From positions 41,666-105,665 of the forward strand of contig CAMBUL010000001.1 in assembly GCA_945871065.1 (NCBI GenBank): a DNA stretch of 64,000 nucleotides, read 5' to 3'. This stretch comes from Chthoniobacter flavus. GTDB taxonomy: Bacteria; Verrucomicrobiota; Verrucomicrobiia; Chthoniobacterales; JACTMZ01. This document shows positions 51,370 through 61,228 of the stretch, in pieces. The notes under the pieces were generated by a model. It was not told where the DNA came from, ran no database searches, and worked only from the letters and a program-made list of their open reading frames with translations. Made by a program: the position numbers and the translations under genes. Position 1 is the stretch's first letter. Each line of letters starts with the position of its first letter.

Positions 51370-52692
51370 ATGCAAGCAGCCCGGTACCTTCTTGTCGTTG
51401 CGCTGGCTGCGCTGGCCGGGTGTGTGACCGCGCCCGGCGGCTACCAACGCCCCTCGGGAGCGGTGGTGCTGAAACCGTTGCCCAAGGAAAAATTCTGGTG
51501 GGGAACATCGACCGCCAGCTTCCAGAACGAGGACCGCGGCCTCGCGCCGGACGATCCCATGAATTTCCGCACCGACTGGGATGTTTTCGCGGAGGAGGGC
51601 AGAACGCCGGCGCGGGGTGACAAGGCGGTGTCATCGTGGACGCGCTTCGATCTCGACCTCGGGGCGGTCAAACAACTTGGCGTGTCGCACTTCCGCTTCG
51701 GGGTGGAGTGGGCCCGGATCGAGCCCCGGCCCGGGGTGATCAACGAGAAGGCGCTGGCCCGTTATGTCGAGATGGCGCGGCAACTGCGTGCTGCGGGCAT
51801 CGAACCGATTGTCACCCTTTGGCATTTCACCTTCCCCGACTGGCTCTATGACAAAAACGACAAGCGCCGCGTCAATTTCCTCCATCCCGACGCCAAGGAA
51901 TCATGGCGGGCGCACGTGACGCGCGTGGTGCGAGCCATGAAGCCCTACGTGCGTATCTACGTTCCGCAAAATGAACCGAACGGCGCGATCAATCTCGGCT
52001 GGATTGCCGGACACTGGCCCCCGGGTCTTCTGCTTCGGCCCTTCGCTTACAAGCACGCCTTGCGTGCTTCGGCCGATATGTTCCGTGATGCGGCACAAAT
52101 CATCCGCCGCGAGCGGCCCGGTGCCATCGTCATGGGAATCTATTCGCTGCCCGACTGGCGCCGCAGCCATCTCGCCGATCCCACGGCACTGATTTACAAT
52201 ATCGTGCAGCGCCAGAATTTCGACCAACTCGACATGGTGGCCGACTCGATGGATATCATCGGGGTGAACTATTACTACGCGCAGGATGCCAGTCTGGTCC
52301 GCTTTCTCAGCCGCGGCCACGGGGAGCTGTCATCCGACTACACGCAACTGGGCTGGGAGATCGTGCCCGAAGGTCTCTACAATGTGCTCACCAAGGTGCA
52401 CCAGCGCTACGGGAAGCCCGTTGTCGTTTCGGAGAACGGCCTCGGTACGCAGAGCGAGCAGAAACGCATCCGTTACCTGCGCGAACACATCGCCCAGATG
52501 CGCCGGGCCATGGCCGATGGGGTCGATGTGCGGGGCTACTTTCCGTGGACGCTGGTCGACAACTATGAGTGGAAAGAAGGATGGCACGGACAGTTCGGCC
52601 TCTTTTCTTTCGACCGCCGCACCAAGGCCCGTAATCTCGAACCAACCGGCAGGTGGTTTTCGGCCTACGTCAAGGCATACCCCAATCCCTGA
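51370..52692 (+). CDS. Glycoside hydrolase family 1 (beta-glucosidase-like) lipoprotein
   Basis: 'FWWGTSTASFQNE', acid/base 'PQNEPN' and nucleophile 'VVSENGLG'. Lipobox 'LAGC' from ATG 51370. Confidence 0.85.
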   Translation: MQAARYLLVVALAALAGCVTAPGGYQRPSGAVVLKPLPKEKFWWGTSTASFQNEDRGLAPDDPMNFRTDWDVFAEEGRTPARGDKAVSSWTRFDLDLGAVKQLGVSHFRFGVEWARIEPRPGVINEKALARYVEMARQLRAAGIEPIVTLWHFTFPDWLYDKNDKRRVNFLHPDAKESWRAHVTRVVRAMKPYVRIYVPQNEPNGAINLGWIAGHWPPGLLLRPFAYKHALRASADMFRDAAQIIRRERPGAIVMGIYSLPDWRRSHLADPTALIYNIVQRQNFDQLDMVADSMDIIGVNYYYAQDASLVRFLSRGHGELSSDYTQLGWEIVPEGLYNVLTKVHQRYGKPVVVSENGLGTQSEQKRIRYLREHIAQMRRAMADGVDVRGYFPWTLVDNYEWKEGWHGQFGLFSFDRRTKARNLEPTGRWFSAYVKAYPNP

Positions 52693-52754
52693 GACCGGCG
52701 AAACGCATCGCGGCACAATCTTGCCTTGCCGCTCGGGCGAACTAATAGATTCTG

Positions 52755-53651
52755 GTGAGAATGAGGAATTTAATCGCTAATCACTTGATGATCAAATTGA
52801 GCGCCGCGCTTGTGTCTGTGGTCTTTGTGTTGTGGCCCGCGCACCTTTGGGCCAACCAATCGCTGCGCGTTGTCACCTCGTTTTATCCGGTCTATGTTGC
52901 CGTGTTGAATGTCACCGCCGGAATTCCCGGCGTGGAGGTTTCCAATCTGGCCAGCCCGCATGTCGGATGCTTGCACGATTACCAACTCACGGCCGGCGAC
53001 GTGCGACGGCTCGCTGATGCGGACCTTCTCCTGGTCAACGGTGCCGGCATGGAACCTTTCCTCGGCAAGGTGGCGCAGCAATCACCCGGTGTCCGGGTGG
53101 TCGGGGTGAGCGAAGGTATTGCGCTCCTGGACGACAACCCGCATGTCTGGGTGAGCCTCGAGGGGGCCCGGCGTCAGACGGAGAACATCGCAGCCGCCCT
53201 TGCCGCAGCGGCACCCGACCGCGCAGATGCTTTCCGCGCCAACGCCTCGGCCTACAACGCGTCGTTGTCGGCGCTGGAAGAAAAAATGCGCGCCGCCCTC
53301 GCGCCGTATGCCGGCACACCGATTGTCACCTTCCACGAAGCGTTTCCTTACTTCGCGCGTGATTTCGACCTTGATCTGGCCGGGGAGATTGAGCGCGAGC
53401 CCGGGGCCGAGCCGAGCGCTCGGGAGTTAGCTGACACTGTGAAATTGGTCCGCGAACGCAAGGTCAAGGCGCTCTTTGCCGAACCCCAGTTCCCGGACAA
53501 AAGCGCGCAAGTCGTGGCGCGCGAGACAAGTGTCCGGGTTTACAGTCTGGATCCCGTGGTGACAGGTCCGTCGGATCCCGAAGAGGCGCGCGGGGCTTAC
53601 CTGCGGGCCATGGAGAAAAATCTGGAGGTTTTGCAGGAAGCCTTGCGCTGA
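52755..53651 (+). CDS. znuA: Metal (zinc-type) ABC transporter substrate-binding protein, TroA/ZnuA cluster
   Basis: 'LRVVTSFYPVYVAVLNV', 'NPHVWVS' and 'FHEAFPYFARDF'. Start is GTG 52755 or ATG 52761. Confidence 0.7.
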   Translation: MRMRNLIANHLMIKLSAALVSVVFVLWPAHLWANQSLRVVTSFYPVYVAVLNVTAGIPGVEVSNLASPHVGCLHDYQLTAGDVRRLADADLLLVNGAGMEPFLGKVAQQSPGVRVVGVSEGIALLDDNPHVWVSLEGARRQTENIAAALAAAAPDRADAFRANASAYNASLSALEEKMRAALAPYAGTPIVTFHEAFPYFARDFDLDLAGEIEREPGAEPSARELADTVKLVRERKVKALFAEPQFPDKSAQVVARETSVRVYSLDPVVTGPSDPEEARGAYLRAMEKNLEVLQEALR

Positions 53652-53664
53652 TAGACCTGTCGGC

Positions 53665-54441
53665 ATGCACATTCCTCCGGATGACGCCCCCGCCCATCAC
53701 GGCATCGCGCCGCACCGCTGCGGAGAGTGTTGCACGACCATGCGCGGTGTGGCTGCGCGGCGCAATGGAGTGACGGTGCTCGAGGATATCGACCTCCATT
53801 TGCACTGCGGCGAGCTGACCGCGGTGATCGGCGAAAACGGGGCGGGCAAGACCACGCTGGTCAAATGTCTGCTCGGTGAACTGCCGCACACCGGTGAAGT
53901 GCATTTTCTCGACGCGGCCCACCGGCGCAAAGACAGCCCGGTCATCGGTTACGTGCCCCAGCACAACAGCTTCGACAAAGAGGCTCCGGTCAGTGTGCTC
54001 GATCTCTTCGCCGCTTCGCTCTCGGCGCGCCCCGCGTGCCTCGGTGTCTCTGCTCCGGTGCGGCAAGCGGCGTTGGCCGGCTTGCAACGCACCAGTGCCG
54101 GCCAGCTGGTCGATCGCAAGGTCGGAAGTCTTTCCGGCGGCGAGCTGCAGCGTGTCTTGCTCGGGCTGGCCCTCACCCCGGTACCGAACATCCTTGTGCT
54201 CGACGAGCCGATGTCCGGTGTCGACCACAGCGGGCGCGAACAATTTTACGGACTGCTCTCCAAACTGCGCCGCGAATACGACCTCGCGGTGCTGCTTGTC
54301 TCGCATGATCTGGCCACCTTGGCGCGCTTTGCCGACCGGATGGTCTTTCTCGACCGGCGCATCGTCTGCGAAGGCACGCCGTCCGAAGTGCTGCACGATA
54401 CGCGGGTGCGCGAGGCTTTCAGCCTGCATTCGCTTTCATGA
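53665..54441 (+). CDS. znuC: Metal ABC transporter ATP-binding protein
   Basis: Walker A 'GENGAGKTT', signature 'LSGGELQR' and Walker B 'ILVLDEP'. The start could be the internal ATG 53740. Confidence 0.75.
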   Translation: MHIPPDDAPAHHGIAPHRCGECCTTMRGVAARRNGVTVLEDIDLHLHCGELTAVIGENGAGKTTLVKCLLGELPHTGEVHFLDAAHRRKDSPVIGYVPQHNSFDKEAPVSVLDLFAASLSARPACLGVSAPVRQAALAGLQRTSAGQLVDRKVGSLSGGELQRVLLGLALTPVPNILVLDEPMSGVDHSGREQFYGLLSKLRREYDLAVLLVSHDLATLARFADRMVFLDRRIVCEGTPSEVLHDTRVREAFSLHSLS

Positions 54442-55286
54442 TGGATTCTCCGCTCGACCTCTGGCACCGCGCGGTGTCCTCGCTGCCTTTCGAATGGGCC
54501 GGTTACGAGTTCATGCGGCTCGCCTTGCTCGCGGTGCTTCTTATTTCCCCGTTGCTCGGGGCGCTCGGGACCGTGGTGGTGGCCAATCGCATGGCATTTT
54601 TTTCCGAAGCGGTCGGCCATGCCGCATTCACCGGCATTGCCATCGGCGTCATTCTCGGTCTGGCCGACCCCATGTGGTCGATGATCGGATTCGCCCTCGT
54701 GCTCACCCTGGCCATTGCCTGGGTGCGGCGCCGCGGAGCATTGTCCTCCGATACCGCGATCGGCCTGGTCATGGCCTTCACCGTCTCGCTCGGCATTGTC
54801 ATCCTCTCGCGGGGAGGGGACTTCGCGCGCTACACCAACTTCCTGATTGGCGACATGCTGGCCATTTCGTCGCGCGATGTCGTCTGGCTGGCCGCGCTCG
54901 GGGTCGTGTCGGCCGGACTCTTTCTTGTTTTCTTCAACCGCTTGCTCCTCGCCACGATGAGTCCGTCCTTGGCCCGCAGCCGGACCAAGCATGCGGGCGC
55001 GGCCGAGTTGGTCTTCGCCTGTCTGCTCGCCGTGGTCGTGACCTGCGCCCTGCCCTGGATCGGCATCCTGGTGATCAATGCCCTCCTTATTCTCCCGGCT
55101 GCCGCGGCCCGGAATCTGGCCCGCAATACGGCCGGATTTTTCGGTTGGTCGATCGCCGTGGCTTTGGTCACCGGGATCGTTGGGCTGATCGCCTCGTTCT
55201 ACGCCTCGACCGCCACCGGTGCGACCATCGTGCTGGCCGCCATGGCGGTTTACCTGCTCACCCTGCTGCGGCGGGTGGTGCCGTGA
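54438..55286 (+). CDS. znuB: Metal ABC transporter permease
   Basis: ATGA overlap with the ATPase gene. ZnuB/TroC-like polytopic protein ('MAFFSEAVGHAAFTGIAIG'). Confidence 0.75.
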   Translation: MMDSPLDLWHRAVSSLPFEWAGYEFMRLALLAVLLISPLLGALGTVVVANRMAFFSEAVGHAAFTGIAIGVILGLADPMWSMIGFALVLTLAIAWVRRRGALSSDTAIGLVMAFTVSLGIVILSRGGDFARYTNFLIGDMLAISSRDVVWLAALGVVSAGLFLVFFNRLLLATMSPSLARSRTKHAGAAELVFACLLAVVVTCALPWIGILVINALLILPAAAARNLARNTAGFFGWSIAVALVTGIVGLIASFYASTATGATIVLAAMAVYLLTLLRRVVP

Positions 55287-55951
55287 ACGGAACCGTGGTC
55301 GCGCTGCCGGGCTTTCTCGGGAAGGGCAGCGATTGGGCTGAGGTGCGGGCCGCTTCGCCGGCGGGGCTGCGCTGGATTTGCTTGGATCTTTTCGCGCCAG
55401 GGGCGGAGCCGGTCAGACCGCCCGCCGTGGAGGGCCCGTGTTGGTTGGCCGGTTATTCCTTCGGCGCGCGGCTCGCTTTGCGTTGGTTGCAGGAAGCGCC
55501 GGAAAAATGGGAGGGAGCTTTGCTGCTTTCGGTGGACCCGGGGAATTTCCAGACCGAGGAGGAACGCGTGGCGCGTCGGAAGTCCGATGCGGATTGGTCC
55601 GCCGCATTTCGTGCTGAGCGGTGGGAGGTGGTGACAGACCGTTGGAATGGGCAGGCTGTTTTTCAGAATAATACCGCGCCGCTGCGTGAAGAGCGGGACT
55701 TTGACCGGGGGAAACTTGCCGCGGCCCTGGTCGAAGATTCGGTTGCCGGGCAATTCACCGACCCTCTGCGCCTGCCGACCCGGTTGGTTTGGATGGCCGG
55801 CGCACGCGACGGAAAATTTGTCCGCCTGCAAAATCAGATGCGCGACACGGGGTTTCCCGGCACGTTTCCGGTGGTCGGCGAGGCCGGTCATCGCCTCCTG
55901 CTCGAAGCGCCGCAGGCGGTCGCGGGGGCTCTCGACGATCTGGTTGCTTGA
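55283..55951 (+). CDS. Alpha/beta hydrolase (MenH-like)
   Basis: GTG 55283 overlaps the znuB stop. Nucleophile elbow 'LAGYSFGARLAL' and 'GEAGHRLLLEAP'. Confidence 0.6.
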   Translation: MNGTVVALPGFLGKGSDWAEVRAASPAGLRWICLDLFAPGAEPVRPPAVEGPCWLAGYSFGARLALRWLQEAPEKWEGALLLSVDPGNFQTEEERVARRKSDADWSAAFRAERWEVVTDRWNGQAVFQNNTAPLREERDFDRGKLAAALVEDSVAGQFTDPLRLPTRLVWMAGARDGKFVRLQNQMRDTGFPGTFPVVGEAGHRLLLEAPQAVAGALDDLVA

Positions 55952-55984
55952 TCCGCGGGCGGGAAAAAGCGGAGGCTGCCAACC

Positions 55985-57082
55985 ATGAGCAAATTGATTT
56001 ATGCGGCGAGCCCCCGGTCGGCCGACATGCTTTATGCCACCGGTTTCCACGCTCCGGATGCGTTTTTTTTCCTCGAGCATCGCGGCAAGAAATCCATCGT
56101 GCTCAATGATCTTGAGATCGACCGGGGCCGGCGCGAGGCGGAGGTCGACGAGGTTCTCTCCGCTTCGGAACTCGCCCGCGAATTCGGCAGCCACTCTCCT
56201 GCCGTGCTTGCCGCCGGTCTTTTGCTTCGGCGTAAAATTCGCAGTGTCGATGTGCCGTCGGACTTCCCACTGGGCCCGGCGCGCGTGCTGGAAAAAGCGG
56301 GTCTGCGTGTCGTTCCGGTCGAAGGACATTTTTGGCCGGAGCGCGAGGTGAAGGATCAGAGCGAACTGGCCGCGATTGGCCGCGCCACGCGGCTCGCCGC
56401 GATCGGGCTGGAGCGCGCGGTCGAGGTCCTGCGCGAGGCCAAGATCGTCCGTACCGGCCTGCTTCAGTGGAAAGGGAAACCCCTGACCAGTGAAATAGTG
56501 CGCGCCGAGGCCGATGCTACCGTGCTTCGCGCGGGCGGCGTTCCCGAGGGAACGATTGTGGCGGGCGGGCGGCAAGCGTGCGATCCCCACGAACGCGGAC
56601 ACGGGCGGTTGCGGGCCCATGAATTGATCATTCTTGATATTTTTCCGCGCGACGCGTGCGCCGGCTACTTCGGTGACCTGACCCGTACCGTGGTGCGCGG
56701 ACGCGCCAATGCGGCCCAGCGCCAGCTCTGGGACACGGTGTGTGCCGCACAACGTCTGGCCATCCGTGCGATCAAGCCCCGGGCCAAAGGAGCCGCGGTG
56801 CACAAAGCGGTGCAGGAATTTTTCGCCGCCCGCGGCTATGCCACGGAACGCCGGGGCGGACGCTGGACGGGCTTCTTCCACGGCACAGGTCACGGTCTGG
56901 GGTTGGATTTGCACGAGGAGCCGCGCCTCGGGTCCACTGTTTTCCGGACAGGCCAGGTTTTCACCGTTGAGCCGGGTCTTTATTACCCGGACATCGGCGG
57001 TGCCCGTCAGGAGGATGTCGTCACGGTGACCTCCGGGGGTTGCCGGCCGCTTTCTCGGCTGCGGGTTCCGCTGGAACTCTGA
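55985..57082 (+). CDS. M24 family Xaa-Pro aminopeptidase
   Basis: 'HGTGHGLGLDLHEEP' and 'VFTVEPGLYYPDIGGARQEDVV'. Confidence 0.85.
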   Translation: MSKLIYAASPRSADMLYATGFHAPDAFFFLEHRGKKSIVLNDLEIDRGRREAEVDEVLSASELAREFGSHSPAVLAAGLLLRRKIRSVDVPSDFPLGPARVLEKAGLRVVPVEGHFWPEREVKDQSELAAIGRATRLAAIGLERAVEVLREAKIVRTGLLQWKGKPLTSEIVRAEADATVLRAGGVPEGTIVAGGRQACDPHERGHGRLRAHELIILDIFPRDACAGYFGDLTRTVVRGRANAAQRQLWDTVCAAQRLAIRAIKPRAKGAAVHKAVQEFFAARGYATERRGGRWTGFFHGTGHGLGLDLHEEPRLGSTVFRTGQVFTVEPGLYYPDIGGARQEDVVTVTSGGCRPLSRLRVPLEL

Positions 57083-57139
57083 ACGTATTTTGAACAAGAT
57101 TCCTCTTCCAGTGTCTCAACGGGTAATTCCGCACCTGCC

Positions 57140-57817
57140 ATGAATATGTCCATTTACCTTCTCCTCATCGGTGTCCCTCTCGCCCTCGGCCTCTACGCCC
57201 AGATGCGGGTGTCGTCCGCTTTCGGCCGTTACAAAAAGGTGGCTGCCACCTCCGGCGTGACCGGTGCGCAGGCCGCCCGCGAGATCCTCAATGCGGCCAA
57301 AATCCATGATGTCGAAGTCCGGGAAATCAACGACATGCTCGGCGACCATTACGATCCGATGAAGAAACGCCTCTGTCTTTCGTCCGATGTCTACCATACG
57401 CCGAGTGTGGCCGCATTGGGTATCGCGGCCCATGAAGCGGGTCACGCCATCCAGCATGCCCGCGCGTACGCTCCGCTCAAATGGCGCATGGCCATTGTCC
57501 CGGTCACGCAGTTCGCTTCCCAGATCCTGCCGTTGGTCATCATCGGTGGCTTCATTTTCCAAATCAGTGGCCTGATTACGCTCGGCATCATTTGCTACGC
57601 CGTGCTTGCCGTATTTCAATTGATCACTTTGCCGGTCGAGTTCGACGCCTCCAAACGTGCCAAGGTCATTCTCCAGCAAATGGGTATGGTCCAACCCGGT
57701 GGCGAAGCGGCAGGGGTCAACAGCGTGCTCAATGCCGCCGCACTTACTTACGTGGCGGCCTTTGTCGCAGCCCTCGGCAACCTTGCTTATCTTATCATGG
57801 CGCGTCGCCATGAGTAG
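57140..57817 (+). CDS. Membrane zinc metallopeptidase (Zn_peptidase_2 / YpfJ-unrelated 'neutral zinc metallopeptidase' family)
   Basis: 'GDHYDPMKKRLCLSSDVY...SVAALGIAAHEAGHAIQH' plus C-terminal TM helices. Confidence 0.8.
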   Translation: MNMSIYLLLIGVPLALGLYAQMRVSSAFGRYKKVAATSGVTGAQAAREILNAAKIHDVEVREINDMLGDHYDPMKKRLCLSSDVYHTPSVAALGIAAHEAGHAIQHARAYAPLKWRMAIVPVTQFASQILPLVIIGGFIFQISGLITLGIICYAVLAVFQLITLPVEFDASKRAKVILQQMGMVQPGGEAAGVNSVLNAAALTYVAAFVAALGNLAYLIMARRHE

Positions 57818-58640
57818 GCGCACCGCGTCGCCACCGGTTGTTCTGACCATCGCGGGTTCCGACAACTCCTGCGGAGCAGGAATCCAGGCAGACCTCAAAA
57901 CTTTCGGTGCCTATGGTGTCTACGGTCTCACCGCCGTCACCTGCGTGGTCTCCGAGGTTCCGGGGCGGGTGGAGAAAGTGCAAGCTGTCACCCCCGAGGT
58001 CCTGCGCTCGCAGATCCGCATCCTCTTCGAGGCCTACCCGATCGTTGCGGTGAAAACCGGCATGCTTTATTCCCGCGCCTTGCTCCGCGTGGTTTCCGAA
58101 GAATTGGCCGATCGCCTCGGCATGTTTCATCTCGTGGTCGACCCGGTCATGGTGGCAAGCAGCGGTGATCCGCTGCTGAAAAAGGACGCCGTGCGCGCCT
58201 ACGAGGAGGAAATGCTCCCGCTTGCCGATGTCATCACCCCAAATCTCGACGAGGCCGCTGTCCTGCTCGGTCGTAAAATCTCTTCGCATCGCGCCATGGT
58301 CCGGGCTTCGGAGGAATTGTACGGGAGATACGGAGCCGCGGTCCTGCTCAAAGGGGGGCATTTGCGCGGCCGCGATGCGGTCGACATCCTGTGCGACCGC
58401 CGTGGCGTGCGCGAATTCTCACTGCCGAGACTGAATGGTTGCGAAACCCACGGCAGCGGTTGCACGCTTTCTGCGGCTCTTGCCGCGGGCCTGGCCCGCG
58501 GTCAATCCCTCGCGGCGGCCGTGGCAGGCGCGAAAAAATTCCTCCACCAAGCCATCGCGCACCAACTCGTCTGGAAACGTGGCCGGGCTCGTATCCGCGC
58601 CCTGCAGCATCGGGTAGAGGTGGACGGAAGGGGCCGATGA
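57810..58640 (+). CDS. thiD: Hydroxymethylpyrimidine/phosphomethylpyrimidine kinase
   Basis: 'LTIAGSDNSCGAGIQADLKTF' and 'VLLKGGHL...GCTLSAALAAGLA'. ATG 57810 overlaps the upstream gene by 8 nt. Confidence 0.88.
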   Translation: MSRRTASPPVVLTIAGSDNSCGAGIQADLKTFGAYGVYGLTAVTCVVSEVPGRVEKVQAVTPEVLRSQIRILFEAYPIVAVKTGMLYSRALLRVVSEELADRLGMFHLVVDPVMVASSGDPLLKKDAVRAYEEEMLPLADVITPNLDEAAVLLGRKISSHRAMVRASEELYGRYGAAVLLKGGHLRGRDAVDILCDRRGVREFSLPRLNGCETHGSGCTLSAALAAGLARGQSLAAAVAGAKKFLHQAIAHQLVWKRGRARIRALQHRVEVDGRGR

Positions 58641-59671
58641 AAAATTTACTCGGCCTTATTTTCGTGGCCTCGACCGCTATCGCTCCGATGTATGCCGCGG
58701 AATTAACAACTCCTTCGCCCGGTGTGCCGCCAGCTGCCGATCCGTTCCTGGCGCTCGACGGCGGGCAGGTGGAGCAAGCCATCTCCATTCTCCGGCGGGA
58801 TCACGTGCGCGGGGCAAAGATCGATGATGCGGCCCTCGGGCGCGCGACGCTGCGGGGTTTGATCCAAAGCCTCGCACCCGGTGCGGCCCTTGCGGCCGAC
58901 GCCCCCGCGCCTGTCCCCCTTTCGCCTTTCCGGGCTGAAATCCTCGACGGCCGCGCCGGATACATCCGACTTGGGTCGCTGCAAACGGAAAACTTGGCCG
59001 AACTCGACGCCTCCTTGCGGGACTTCGCAGCAAAGGACGTGCATGGCGTCATTCTTGATCTGCGTGCCACCCCGGAGTCCTCCGACTTTGCCGCCGCCGC
59101 GCAGTCGGCCAGCCGGTTTTGCCCGCCGGGAACCGCGTTGTTCACGCTGGCTGGTCCGGGTCGCGACGAGAGCGAGGAATTTGTTTCTGCGGGCGACAAC
59201 CTGTCGCGCGGCGCACTGGTTGTCCTGATCGACGAAAACACCGCGGGTGCGGCGGAGGCCCTTGCCGCGACGTTGCGATGGAACGCCCGTGCTCTGTTGG
59301 TCGGAACGCGCTCGAGCGGGCGTTGTGTCGCATTTGCCGAGGTCCCCGTCGGGGAGAAGACGAGTTTGCGCGTTGCCGTGGCCGAGGTCCTGGTCGCCGG
59401 GCAAGAGGTTTATCCGCGCGGGCTGCGGCCCGACATCGAGATCCCGCAGGATGCCGCCGAGCGCGAGACGATCCTGGCTGCGGCGCTGGTGGATGGCTCA
59501 GCGGGCTTTGTCTTCGAAAAAGAACGTGCGCAATTTGATGAGGCATCGCTTGTCGCCGGCACCAATCCCGAGATCGGCAGCGTGGCGGTCAAACCGGGGT
59601 TGATCGACCGTCCACTGCAGCGCGCTGTGGATCTCGTCACCGCCTTGCGGGTTTTCCGCAAAACGGACTGA
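58637..59671 (+). CDS. S41 (C-terminal processing peptidase)-like secreted protein, apparently lacking the Ser/Lys dyad
   Basis: ATGA overlap with thiD. Signal peptide. S41 core 'VVLIDENTAGAAEALAATLRWNARALLVGTRSSGRC', with Gly and Arg where Ser and Lys are expected. Confidence 0.65.
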   Translation: MKNLLGLIFVASTAIAPMYAAELTTPSPGVPPAADPFLALDGGQVEQAISILRRDHVRGAKIDDAALGRATLRGLIQSLAPGAALAADAPAPVPLSPFRAEILDGRAGYIRLGSLQTENLAELDASLRDFAAKDVHGVILDLRATPESSDFAAAAQSASRFCPPGTALFTLAGPGRDESEEFVSAGDNLSRGALVVLIDENTAGAAEALAATLRWNARALLVGTRSSGRCVAFAEVPVGEKTSLRVAVAEVLVAGQEVYPRGLRPDIEIPQDAAERETILAAALVDGSAGFVFEKERAQFDEASLVAGTNPEIGSVAVKPGLIDRPLQRAVDLVTALRVFRKTD

Positions 59672-59699
59672 TTCCGTTCCGCCGGACATACCCCAACGC

Positions 59700-60986
59700 T
59701 CACCGGGGCATCATCTCACGCAACAACCCGCCGATGGCTTCGGATGCGACGTCTGGAATTTCGACCACAGATTTGGCTGCACCCGCGGCCGGGGCGAGCG
59801 CGAGCGCGGCGGCTACCCGCGCGCTGAGGTTTTCCGTCGGTGCCGCGGGTGTCCCCCCGATCCTGACCCGCGTCCAATAATAGCCGTCTTCCCGGCTACT
59901 GAAGAGCACTGGCACGAAGGCGGCGAGGATGGGCCGGCCCGCAGCTTGCACCCCGACATGCAGGTCGGCATCGATGCGGTCGGTGGCAAAGGCTCCTTTT
60001 CCGCGCACGGCCAATCCTTTGGGGGAAACGGCCAGCAGGTCGTCCATCTCCATGCGGCCGTCGGGCTGCATGCTGAAATTGAAACGAAAAATGCGCCACG
60101 GAATGCGCTGCCAGTCTTCGTGGTCGAGAAGACCAGCCAGTTTGACAAAAAGATCGACGGATTTGGTTTCCGCACCCGCGACTTCTATTTTTCCGCGGAT
60201 CACACCATCTTTGAGCACGGCCTCGCCCGTGACCCGTCCGCCGAGGTGGCTGGAGACATCGGGAGGCACAAGCACGGCCGGGTCGAGGTCCTGCCATGAA
60301 ATTTTGGCCGACCAGATCCCCCCGCTGTTGGCGGCCGAACCGGCCATGGTGCCGCCTCTCACATCCTTGAGGGCAAAGCTGTCAATACTCCAGGATCCTT
60401 CCCTGTTTTCCGCGGCCAAGCGTTCGATTTGCAGTGGGGAACGGGCCTCCGCGCTAAGCGAACCGCCCGTCACGGAAAACGTCCAGGCGTCCGCGCTCTG
60501 CACGGCATGGACTTGGGCGCCGTCGACTGTCCACCCCCGGCCGTCGGCGCGCCGGAGCCGGCTTTTTGCCACCCGCAAGTCGAGCGGTCGTGAAGCGGAA
60601 GCGTGGTAGGACGATGCGCCCGGCTTCTTGCCTGGTTCGAGATGGGGCGGATAGACCACGTCCACCGCGGCCACCTCGACCTGCAGGGGTTGCGACGAGG
60701 CACCCAGCAGGTCCCTCCAGTCGACCACCGCACGCAATTCCCGTGCCTCGAGGCTCTGGAAAGCATAGTCCCCGCCGGACATCCGGAAAACACGTGCCTG
60801 GAGAACACCGTCTTTCCATGCCACGCCCTGCAAATCTACCGCCGCGCCGAGAGTATCGGCCAGTGTTCCGGCCAGCTGGCGCTTGATCCAGTAGTTGGCG
60901 ATGTTCTCGCGCACCAAAAAGGCCGCACCTGCGGCGATCAAGAGCGCCGCGACGACAGCGGCCGGGATCTGCCAACGTTTCACCAC
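59700..60986 (-). CDS. Hypothetical membrane-anchored protein (AsmA-like layout, uncertain)
   Basis: N-terminal TM 'IPAAVVAALLIAAGAAFLV', then a ~400-aa beta-rich periplasmic region. Confidence 0.45.
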   Translation of the reverse strand: MVKRWQIPAAVVAALLIAAGAAFLVRENIANYWIKRQLAGTLADTLGAAVDLQGVAWKDGVLQARVFRMSGGDYAFQSLEARELRAVVDWRDLLGASSQPLQVEVAAVDVVYPPHLEPGKKPGASSYHASASRPLDLRVAKSRLRRADGRGWTVDGAQVHAVQSADAWTFSVTGGSLSAEARSPLQIERLAAENREGSWSIDSFALKDVRGGTMAGSAANSGGIWSAKISWQDLDPAVLVPPDVSSHLGGRVTGEAVLKDGVIRGKIEVAGAETKSVDLFVKLAGLLDHEDWQRIPWRIFRFNFSMQPDGRMEMDDLLAVSPKGLAVRGKGAFATDRIDADLHVGVQAAGRPILAAFVPVLFSSREDGYYWTRVRIGGTPAAPTENLSARVAAALALAPAAGAAKSVVEIPDVASEAIGGLLREMMPR

Positions 60987-61228
60987 TCCAATAGAGCACG
61001 CGTCTGTGCACCTGGCCAGCCGTCTTGCCGCCTTCTCCTGGGCAAAGCCGGCCGGAAGGCGGCTTGATCAGTTGCGCTATGACGTGGCCGTTCCCGCCAG
61101 AGTCGGCCCGTGAGCGCGTGCTTTAACTGGATTCCCGGACGGGTGGAGCTAGTGTTTTTGTAAAGCCGTGCGGAATCCCCGTTTTCGCATCCGCCGGCCG
61201 GGTAACATTCTGGCAATTTCCAGCGACC

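Noticed and set aside
53876-55951. 691-aa plus-strand ORF spanning znuC, znuB and the hydrolase
   Set aside because: It is out of frame with the ABC ATPase and permease, which have clear motifs. Only its last 222 codons (from GTG 55283) are a real gene, the alpha/beta hydrolase.
55250-57097. 615-aa minus-strand ORF opposite the hydrolase and M24 peptidase
   Set aside because: R/P/G-rich shadow ORF with no motifs. The sense-strand genes are well supported.
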